Below, piece after piece: positions 53,942 through 64,000 of a DNA stretch of 64,000 nt. How positions within the stretch are numbered: the first letter of the stretch is position 1; each line of letters opens with the position of its first letter. The notes below the pieces were generated by a model, which was not told the origin of the DNA, did not search any database, and was given only the letters and a program-made list of their open reading frames with translations. Location of the stretch: positions 145,638,001-145,702,000 of the forward strand of contig NC_043000.1 of NCBI RefSeq assembly GCF_006345805.1, in the 5' to 3' direction. The translations under genes were made by a program, and so were the position numbers. The DNA comes from Octopus sinensis (Eukaryota).

Positions 53942-53944
<3 letters not shown>
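53675..53944. mobile_element. palindromic non-autonomous element with hammerhead-like motif on both strands
   Basis: Arms 53741-53835 and 53850-53944 (95 bp, 2 mismatches, 14-nt loop); lies between microsatellites. Confidence 0.8.
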
Positions 53945-53972
<28 letters not shown>

Positions 53973-54087
53973 ATATATATTATATATATATATATATATT
54001 TATATATGTGTGTGTGTGTGTGTGTATGTATATGTACATAAATGTATATGCATATATACATACATACATGCATACATACTTACACAA

Positions 54088-54141
<54 letters not shown>

Positions 54142-55269
54142 AAATACATTGAGTGCATTATGTCATGGAATTCCTTTAAGGAAAACATCTAGAGCGTTCC
54201 AAGTTTACACTTATGGAATCGCCGTCCTAAACCATGCACGGAAATTATCAAGCAGTTTGAAAAATGTACAGGACTAGAAGGAAAACTCGGAAAAAAGACA
54301 TATATGTAATGTTATGCTTGTGAGGTGACTGCTTATTAAATATAAAATCACAGAAGGAATAAAGAAAATGATGTACGCTTAGAAGCTAGTGGATTGGCAA
54401 TCTAAGATCAAGTGATACCGGGAAACAATTAACGTCAATAATTCTACTATCGTTTAAATATGTCGGCCATTACGGTCGATATATATGCGCGCGGTGAAGC
54501 AAATGGAAATATATTGCTTCATGTGCAGTTGATAAACGAATAACAATTATGGACGCTTACACAAAACATCTATGGTAAGAGAGGCCAAATAAACGATCGA
54601 TGGCACTCTACTAACAATAAAATGGTTACTTGAAGCGAATGAATTTCAGGCTGTATACATATCCCTACGAAGATATTTCACACAATGAATGAATGAATGA
54701 AAATGAAGTTTGAGAGGGGAATTTTTGTTCGTTACCTCATATGAACATAATTTTTATTACTGTCTTACTTTTTTTATGGAAGAATAGGGTAAGCACAGAA
54801 TGTTTGCAAGACTTCGGAGATAATGATCTCGATGCAATTAAGGACCCCTTCAATTCTTAATGTTTAGTTGAGGTAGAACAATATGCCTTTATTCCACGTA
54901 TCTGATATACTGAAGAGACAGGGATCTTAGAATACACGAGCGAGGCCATTTAGATTCATGGAGCAAAGGTCACAATAGCCGTGGTATAAATCTGAGATTC
55001 AGGTCGCAACATATCTTGACCACAGATTTGGTAACTGATTTCATAACAAACAGATGATTGGCTACCTTAATAATTCAATCTATGATGTCCACATAACTAA
55101 CTAAAATGTCTTACGGATGTGAGCACAATTTTTTTATGCTTTGCGCCATTACGCCGTCGGCCGGCGAGATATGTTTTCATATATTATTTTATTACTACAA
55201 CATTGAATTATTGTTATTATCCTGTTACTTCTCAGAGCGCTCGGTCTTGTTTGCTGTGGTTGATTCTGT

Positions 55270-55625
55270 GGGAGAGGACAGCAACCTGTCGTCAAAGGTC
55301 TCATAGGGTCTCTTACCGTACATTATAGGGCTTGATAATGGTTGTTAATTAACGTGTAAGACATTCAAGATCCAAGTACCCATCTTAAACTCTTAGTTGT
55401 CCACAGCAGAGCCCTTTATTGGGCTTGCTCGTGCTTTCAATGTCAATTCCGATTTCTCTGAAATATTTCTCGAACTTGGTTGTTGGTGCTCCAAGTGATC
55501 CTATAACTACAAGGATGACAGACAATCTCCTGGTAGTCCACATTTTTGCAATATCGTCTTTTAGCAGTATTTACTATTCAATGTTTTCTAGTTCTTCGTC
55601 ATTTGTACGTGCAGTCCCTGGTGAC
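55270..55625 (-). pseudogene. 3' end of an RLE-type (R4/Dong-like) non-LTR retrotransposon
   Basis: Minus frame DEELENIE*ILLKDDIAKMW...VILVVIGSLG...FEKYFREIGI. Confidence 0.65.
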
Positions 55626-55629
55626 TAGT

Positions 55630-55693
<64 letters not shown>

Positions 55694-55694
<1 letters not shown>

Positions 55695-56978
55695 TAGCAC
55701 GCACCCGTCCTTTGGGCGTTTTATGTTGCTTTCGTGGTATTTGTTTCACCAAATAATTGAACTACCGAGAAGGTTTATGTGTAGCATGGCAATCTGTTTC
55801 CGATTAACCTAGGAACGGAAAATCGAATTGAAGGCTGGTTACTGTGGAAATCATTGCACTTTGATTATCATAGAACATATAAGTTTGCAAGCGATGTAAG
55901 GTAGAGCTACTGAAGTGTTTTGGGAGTAGATTACGGATAATGACTACAAAATATAGTGGTTTTACATGAAAGCGAATTTTTTTGCCAGAAACAGTCATGT
56001 ATATGGCGTAAGGAAATTGAAGGAAGTTTATTTTTTGAAGCGAGTTTTTTTTTTTCAACAGCAAAGGGAGCTATATTTTTCGGAGAGAAAAGCTAACAAA
56101 AGCCTCTTTATTCTATCTTCCCACATAGCGTGCACTTAAACTAACAGCGAATACTGCATAAATTTAAATTGGTATGGAGCTTCCTGAAAGATACGTACAG
56201 CTTTCACCAGTGGAAGCAAAACTCTCATTTAAAGGTTGGGACGAATCATATGTGAGTGTTTAAAAAAGGCTAAAATGACAATGCTAAAACCTATTTGAAA
56301 CAATGGACAGCAGTCGAAATATCATAATGACTGGGTAAAGAAGCATCCTTAAAGCGAAACAACGGTATCAAAAGTAAAGAAAAAGGTATCAACAATCAGA
56401 AGAGAGGGAATGGAACATCACCTTTCAAGTAACTCAGAGTGGGTAATGGTAAGCATGCCAAAGTTTAATGCAGTTTCAATATGTAGATTAAGATAGTTTG
56501 GTATTGGATAGTCATCACGTATAAGTTTCCTACTCGACTGAATCACTATCGTAAGTGGGCAGCAGAAATAAATAGACGAAATTCTTCCATTTTTATAAAA
56601 AGATTAAAAAGAAAATGAGGGCAAAAAGCACTCGTTTTTTCACAAGGAAAAATCGTTTCCTAATAGCTGGAATTTCGCGACAAATATATGTTTATTAAGC
56701 ACAACAGCCTGCAGTGCATGCCGCTGGGCATTAAAAGCCAATCGCACAAACGTAGAGGGGCGCTGGGCCCCCTTGAATCGATAAAAAATCACTCTTTTTG
56801 ACATAGCAACCACATCTTCATAGCTTGCGAATTTTAACCATCGTGGGTCTCATCCTCACCACGCATTTAGTATCTCTGCCAATTTTCAGCTCAATCCTAG
56901 CCCCGGTTTGGCCGCCATGAACCGTCAAAGCAAAATGTACATACAATTTTCGTCCAAGCACTATTTTATAGATATAGA
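55694..56978 (-). mobile_element. non-autonomous Helitron (complete ends)
   Basis: On the minus strand it starts a|TCtatatctataaaat and ends with hairpin cgccc-aaaggac-gggtg followed by CTAG|t, i.e. inserted between A and T. Confidence 0.7.
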
Positions 56979-56979
56979 T

Positions 56980-57011
<32 letters not shown>

Positions 57012-57494
57012 GGATATGTATAATATTTTTTCATTTAACGAAAAAGAAAACATGCAATAACATTTCAAATTTAAGCAAGAGAAAATAAGATACTTATGTA
57101 AGAATGTTGACATGACACTCATTCTATAGATATTAATTAATATTTTTAACTTGATAGAATACAACTACATTCATCAAAACCAATCGTTCCTAGCTTTAGA
57201 CTTTTTCCTTTATTAATTTTGTGCATACAATATATCTTACAAATTTTCACATTTTATAAATCCACTTGATTGTCCTCCTAATTCTGCATAATCCTAAGAT
57301 TTCTCCAAATGAGAATTTATTTCTGAAAATTATACAATCTATTTCTGTATGTTCGTTTCCTACTCTGTACAGATGCAGCACACATTGTATTGTTCTGTAA
57401 TCTTGCACCGTCTCCAATGTTTATTACCCTTAGGGCTTAAAAAACAAAACGTTATACTATAGTTATAAAAATAATAATTATTATTACTTCAAAC

Positions 57495-57706
57495 AGCGAG
57501 CTGGAAGAGTCGTTACCGTGCCTGACGAAATGAAAACAGGCATTTCGTCCATCTTTACGTTCTGGGTTCAAACTTCGCCGTGTTTGACTTTACCTTTCTT
57601 CCTTTCGGGGTCGATAAATAAAGTGCCGGTGAAACACTGGGGTTGCTGTAATTGACATGTCTCCTCCCCACAAATTCCAGGCCTTATTCCTTTCGTAGAA
57701 AGGATT
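57495..57706 (+). mobile_element. tRNA-derived SINE, family B (diverged)
   Basis: agcgagctggaagagtcgttacc...ttctgggttcaaacttcgccg...cctttcggggtcgataaataaagt. Confidence 0.8.
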
Positions 57707-59611
57707 AATAGTAGTAATAGGTACTGCTTTTATCATTAGAGAACATGAACAATTTATATTTATTTCATAATGCATTTACAACTACAAAATATATATTCCT
57801 ATGTATCCACTCATAAGTAAACAATAATTTATACAAATTCTGAAGAACAGGCTCACGCAGTCTTAAAACACGCTCGAACAGGGAGATGGCGGCTGAGTTT
57901 GTTTGAGAGGTACCGTTATCTCTTTTAGTCTCTCTGTATGTCTATAAGTATATATTGAATATAGATTCATTTATATTTTTCTACTTGTTATGATAAATGG
58001 CAATATATTTTAAATTCAGAGTTTGATTGTGTAATATTGAATGGAGAAGATAGCATTATTTCTTTAGTTATTTACTTATTTGTTCTAGGTTTAATCTTTG
58101 AAAAGCGTCTTCCTAATCCCATATGTTATATTATTTGACAGATTAAAATTGCATATTTTATATACACAGCAGCATATACGTTTTCTGAATATACAATTTG
58201 GCACATGCATAAAGATACAGACATATACAGAAAAGATATATATACATAGGATTACACACATACATTCAATCGTATATATATGTACGTGTGCTTCGTGTGT
58301 GTGTGCGTGTGTTGCTTTGTGAGTGTGTGAGTGTGTGTGTGTGTGCTTTGTGTGTGTGTATGCTGCATAGTCACGAATACTAATTACTTTACATTTTTAA
58401 CATACTAATGCGTTAATATTCGTATGTTGAATCCTACACTGTTATCGATGGTTTTACTCCAACAAGAGTAAACAAGAGAGAAAGAGACTGGCAAAAAGAA
58501 GGAGAATGCCTCTTGTATTTGAGTACTATGCAAATATTCTTTGAAAAATGTTTTCATTCAATTTTTTCAAAATTTAATTGTCTTCCATCCTTACAGTTGA
58601 AAAAGTCTGAATGGCTGAAAACGGTACTGAAAAGTTTTTTATAAAATTATTTTAGTATTTTCTACCTTGACTTCTTTTTCCATACACACACACATACATA
58701 TGCATATATGCATAAATACATATATATATATATATAATATACAGAGCACATGTGCCTTGCAGCAGTTTCCAGTAGAGAATATGTTACCCATATGCAATGA
58801 CAATATGTTAATGGTTGCTAATCTGTTTGTGAGTGTCCCTCTTCAGATTTGTCAATACAACGCTCCTCCTCCTCCTCCTACTACTACTACTACTCCGTCA
58901 ATTTCTCCCACCACATTGTAACCTGCCTTCGCCTATTCTACGTAAACATCCCAATATTCCCCCAATTTCCCCATACAGTAACCATTCAAATACGTTGTTA
59001 TTTCCAGCAATGGCTCTAACGAAAGTAGCATTAATTTTGTTAGGTGTTCAATTTACCTCAATTAATCAATTGATGAACTGAGTAAACCTATCTATAATGA
59101 CTACTGGAAACAGATGTTAGTGAAATTTGCTGCAATAAAGGAATTATAATTAATTACTAGTATTCTTAACTTGTCGGTTATATACTTCACTGTAAAAACC
59201 AGTTTATCAGAAGCTCATTCATGGAATCACAATATAGAATTGTGATGAGCCATAACATTGGAACCTAGCAATAGATTGCTTGGAGCTTTTTGCAATCAAA
59301 TGTGTTAGCCTGGTAAACCAACAAAGAGCTTATGAATTATTTTCCCGAGACTAATAGTGTCTCCATGATTTGTTTTCTCTCTCTCTCTCAATATATATAT
59401 ATAAATTTAAAAATAAGGATAAAATCTTAATAAGAAATCTTAACGAGAAATTTTCGGTACGATCTGTTTATATTTGGTAGTTATGAATCTAGGGTTCCTC
59501 CAAGCGTGCGGCATTTATGTGTAATAATGCCCTCTATACAATATATATATATGTGTGTGTGTGTGTGTATATATATGTAATTATATGTATGTATTTAGGT
59601 ATGTATGCATT

Positions 59612-59664
<53 letters not shown>

Positions 59665-59719
59665 GTGTGTATAAATATATGTACATATATATATATACAT
59701 ACACTCATATACATACATA

Positions 59720-60430
59720 CATAGAAGTGAACTCATCAAGAAGAATTCTCTTCCTGGTGATCTTCTATACCGGCCCAAAACAGGTGGGCTCCTATACCTG
59801 TATGGAAAGCACTCACCATACAAAAATAACTATTCAAATTTATATTGCTCGGAAGATGGAAGAAGGCAGTAGAAGACACTACGCATGTGATTAACAGATG
59901 TAGTTAAACTGTCATGGTAATACTTCCTTGTGAAGCACGATGTTGTTGCTAAAACAATTTACAATGCCATCCGCAATAAAGACTGTTCTGAAATAAACTT
60001 AGAAAATCCTACTGTTATGGAATACATTCATAAACACCATCTCAAGGAATACTGGTGGAATATTCCCATCTAAATCTCTGTCAAATGCAAGTTTAACATG
60101 CTGAATAATGTTGTTTGGGACAGTGGGGCTAAGGTATGTACCATCATACAGGTTAGCTACCCTGCAGATATAAAGATCTCTTCGAAAATCAAAGAAAATG
60201 GATATCTTTAGACAACTTCTTCGAAACCTCCAGCTTCAATATCCAGACTATGAATTCATGTTCATACCTATGATAATTGGAGCACTAGATTTTGTTAGTA
60301 AATGCTTAAATGAGAATCTGGATAAACTGATTTTCAGAAAGAGAAACTGACGTCCAATGTGTGAGTGGAACATCAAAAGTATATACAAGTCTTTGCTCAA
60401 GTTCCAAATCTGAATTTGTCTGTTAACTAT
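59720..60430 (+). pseudogene. RLE-type (R4/Dong/NeSL-like) non-LTR retrotransposon C-terminus
   Basis: AVEDTTHVINRC...KHDVVAKTIYNAIR (Zn-knuckle region), EYWWNIPI and LQLQYPDYEFMFIPMIIGAL. Confidence 0.8.
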
Positions 60431-60644
60431 ATCTCAAAAATAGAGCATTGTATCTTTGTTGGAAACCAGCTCACTCCTCAGTGGAAGATTTATAATAATT
60501 AAAAAATAGAAGAGACATTCACACTTACATAAAAAATATGCAAAGAATGAGCAATCTCAAAATAGGTATACACAAAACATTTCACTTATCATCTACTTGT
60601 AATATTTGTTTCAAATTTGGAAAGAAAGACAGCAAAGTTTTATA

Positions 60645-60770
60645 AAGGGATTAAGTCGATATCAGCTGGTACTTAATTTATCATCCTCGAAGGAATGGAA
60701 TGCAAATTTGCCCTCAGTGGAATTTAAACTAAAAATGTAAAGACAGACACAATACTGTTACTATTGTGGA
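60645..60770 (-). mobile_element. degenerate family-B SINE fragment
   Basis: gggattaagtcgat...ctggtacttaatttatc...gaaggaatg...gcaaa is the reverse complement of the family-B core. Confidence 0.6.
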
Positions 60771-60812
60771 CACGGGATATCATTGTTCATCTTTTGGTGG
60801 TGGGTAATATAC

Positions 60813-60857
<45 letters not shown>

Positions 60858-60935
60858 TTTTTAAAAACAAGGGTAGTGGGGGAAATATGTACAGTAATGA
60901 ATATGTAATCGGGAATTAAATATGTATAGAGATCA

Positions 60936-61815
60936 AAGTTGGTTAGGCGTGCATATTTAGATGTGTTCTGTATTTACAATGAATGCATTTTCTTTATTTA
61001 AACGCTGTTGTAAAGAAATTGTATCTTTGCACTGGTAGAAGGGGAATACTGTGAAATTTGGTTTGATGTTACCTGTACATCTCTCTATCTGTTGACATGA
61101 AGGAATGTGTCTGTATTGCGGAAACCGGATCTGCTCTTAATGTAAAGTGGTTCCCCGTCTCAATGTCCTATATAGTGATGTTCACAACACGAGTAGGTTA
61201 TTACGTAAATTAGATTCTAAGTGGCACAAGTGAACTTGTTTTTAATTGTAAATTTCTTTCCTTGTTTGAAAAGGAATTAATGATAGAATTAAGCCTGCCA
61301 AGAAATTAGATATAAAAACACTAAGGATAACAAAAGAGCGCGACACCTTATCTCAAAACAATGAGGCTTACAACACTTTTGTGCAAAATATTCCTTTACT
61401 AACTAGAGACACAAAATGAACAACATCATGAAAGCACATAAATACATGAAATGCGAAAACTAACACAAATGGCTAAATAGAATTCTAGCAAATCCGAAAC
61501 TTTACGCAAGGATCACGAAACCAACGGGTAAAAAGTGTGGGCATCACTATATTGTGGATATCACTATATAGGGCATACGAGTATGATATTGAGACGAAGA
61601 ACCACTTTACATTAAGAGCAGATCCGCTTCCCGCAAAACAAAAAGATTAATTCAAATGAACACATAGAGAGATGTGCAGGTAACATCAAACCAAATTTCA
61701 CAGTTTTCCCTTTCTATCAGTGGAAAGATATAATTTTTTCACAAGAAAGTTTAAACAAAGAAAATTTATTCATTGAAAAATACAGAACACGTCTAAATAT
61801 GCACGCATAACCAAC
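60936..61815 (+). mobile_element. decayed Penelope-like element 3' end (GIY-YIG) with inverted duplicate arm
   Basis: YIGHTSMILRRRTTLH.EQIRFP...NEHIERCAG...NFTVFPF...ENLFIEKYRTRLN at about 61560-61800; reverse-complement copy at 60936-61187. Confidence 0.75.
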
Positions 61816-62224
61816 TACGATCTCTATATATATCTAATTTACGATTACATACACATCATTATACATATTTTTGCCCACTACTCTAGTTTTTGAATTTCTG
61901 TGTATATATATATATTATACACCCTCCCGTACTCAAAGATGAACAATTATATCCCCTGTCTACAATGATAAGGATAACCAATTACCTCCCTTAGGTTTTC
62001 TACTATTTGAATCGTTCATCCATAAACTCTACACACAACTTAGAAAAAGTTTTCTTGCGAAAATACGTATTTAAATAAATTTTAATGTCATGATTGGCGA
62101 AATTGAAACCGGTCGACAAAGAGTATGTAAGATATATTAAAATTATGTAAAGGGTGTGTATTTTCCTTCTTTAGTTTCTTATATATATTACACGTGAGGA
62201 TAATCGGGATTCCTCCCTTTCTGT

Positions 62225-62266
<42 letters not shown>

Positions 62267-62656
62267 GCATACAAACGTACATATACAAATAAACAAAATC
62301 ACACACACAAACCACACACATATACAGGTTTGGCCAAAAGTCACCTGACAGTAAATCACAAACATTTAATACCAAAATTTATTTATGTTCAACAACAGAA
62401 TGAATTTAATAAAAGCATCTAAATATGAAACTGAGGTCGATCTTAGGTGACATATTTTTCTCCATTCGAGTTAATACAGAATAACATATAGTATTTATGG
62501 AATTTTGAATTAATCTCTGGTGATTTTGGCCAACCCAGTATGAATACATATATTTTGATAATTACGTATATCTATGTATATTTATAGTTCAAATTTCCAG
62601 AAGGCGATAGACGAAGGTGAACGAGGGAACAACAAGTAAATGAATTAGATTGAAAA

Positions 62657-62696
62657 CACTTTAACATTTCGTACTCACGCTCTTCGGCAGAAAGTG
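62657..62696 (-). ncRNA. degenerate minimal hammerhead-like motif
   Basis: Minus strand CACTTT-CTGCCGA-AGAGCGTGAGTAC-GAAA-TGTT-AAAGTG; core mutated relative to CTGANGA. Confidence 0.4.
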
Positions 62697-62827
62697 TGGG
62701 TGAAAAGGAGGGAGGAAGAACGAAAAGAAAGGCAGAGAGAAAAATGTGTAAGGATTAACAGTTCAACACGCTGAACATATATTTATATGTGCACATATAT
62801 ATAAATCCCATAAAATTACAACTATAC

Positions 62828-62846
62828 ACACATACACATACATACA

Positions 62847-62919
<73 letters not shown>

Positions 62920-62925
62920 TATATA
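62828..62925. repeat. (TACA)n(TA)n microsatellite
   Basis: Read directly from the sequence. Confidence 0.95.
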
Positions 62926-63243
62926 ACTTTAGATTAGCAATGTTACCAACATTTCATGCAAAACATTCCCAATTTTCATGTGTTATACGTCTCTTGTGGT
63001 TTTGATAACACATATGCTTTTATGTATGGATACAACACACGTCATAAACCAACACTTTCGTAGTTATATGTGCATGCGTGCAGTAATAGATCTCTAAGTT
63101 TTTGGACGTACGTAATTTCGAATATTGGAAGCTTTTTCCATGAAGTGCGTAGTGTTGAACACTCACACTCTCTGTTTACCCTCGCAGTATACGCATACGC
63201 AGACCATCCCACCGTTTATACATACATATATACATACATATAT

Positions 63244-63303
<60 letters not shown>

Positions 63304-64000
63304 TGACGGGTTTGTATGATTGTGTATAGAGGAATATATGTATTATTCAAAGAAATTCCAACTCTGTTATGTTTTATTTATATTGTTTATAATATTAATG
63401 TAGAATATAGAATATATAATATAAATAATATATATAGTAAAATGAAATGAAGTATTGATTGTCTTATTGAATAGATGAAATGTTGAATATAAAAGATATA
63501 TATATATATGTATAATTTGATTTGAAAACCCCACTAGATTAGGAGAAAGCACTAATACATGATGTATAAAATATGTAATATACAAATAAATATCTGTAAA
63601 TACAAACCATCCGATTTTCTGATTACCTCATTTCTTCTAATATATATAGATATGTATAAACTTTGTAGTTTTTACGACGTGCGAAATGCTTGGGGCCATT
63701 TCGTCAGTTTCCACTGAGATCGACTTTGGGTTTCAAACTTCCGTGCTCTATGGTAGATGTTATCGGTTAGACCTTTCCCCAAAACTTCAGTATTTGGTGG
63801 GTGCCTTGACAGGGCCAATATCTTCATGGCCAACCGGTGAAACGATTACCATTTACCTCCAAGATTCAATATAATTGATCATTTATCTACCTAAAGTGTT
63901 TTTGTTGTTTTTTGGGGTGCTTTTGTGCCTCTAGAAGAAATCAAAGTGGGCTATATAATCCGCAATTTTACCATCCCAGATTATGCATACAATCAATTTA

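Noticed and set aside
57884-57915. gagATGGCGGct start/YY1-like motif with a downstream GTACCG donor
   Set aside because: The frame stops after 6 codons and there is no other supporting promoter evidence
63686-63874. 62-aa ORF in a relatively GC-rich patch
   Set aside because: No recognisable homology or motif on either strand

Overview
AT-rich, microsatellite-dense eukaryotic (animal) DNA. The SINE families and (TA)n/(TG)n density suggest a cephalopod (octopus-like) genome; this is an inference. No host protein-coding gene could be confidently identified, and the window is mostly transposon-derived. The centrepiece is a young, nearly intact Penelope-like retroelement (PLE, 7542-13118) inserted in (TA)n. 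It encodes an RT (YRDD) plus a C-terminal Cys-rich GIY-YIG endonuclease, broken by two single-base frameshifts and padded by about 250 aa of Asn-rich low-complexity sequence. It is flanked by ~1 kb INVERTED pseudo-LTRs, each carrying a type I hammerhead ribozyme (HHR) with a palindromic stem III and an unusually long stem II. Other HHR-like motifs occur in small elements at 23.9, 53.8 and 62.7 kb; the 53.8 kb one is a near-perfect 95-bp-arm palindrome carrying the motif on both strands. A second, decayed fold-back PLE lies at 61 kb. Also present: a decayed Helitron helicase, two non-autonomous Helitrons, a Helentron-type HINE, two piggyBac remnants, a Tc1 fragment, a hAT-type MITE, CR1-like, L1/Tx1-like and R4/Dong-like LINE remnants, and about 15 tRNA-derived SINEs, two of them with unusually long target-site duplications.
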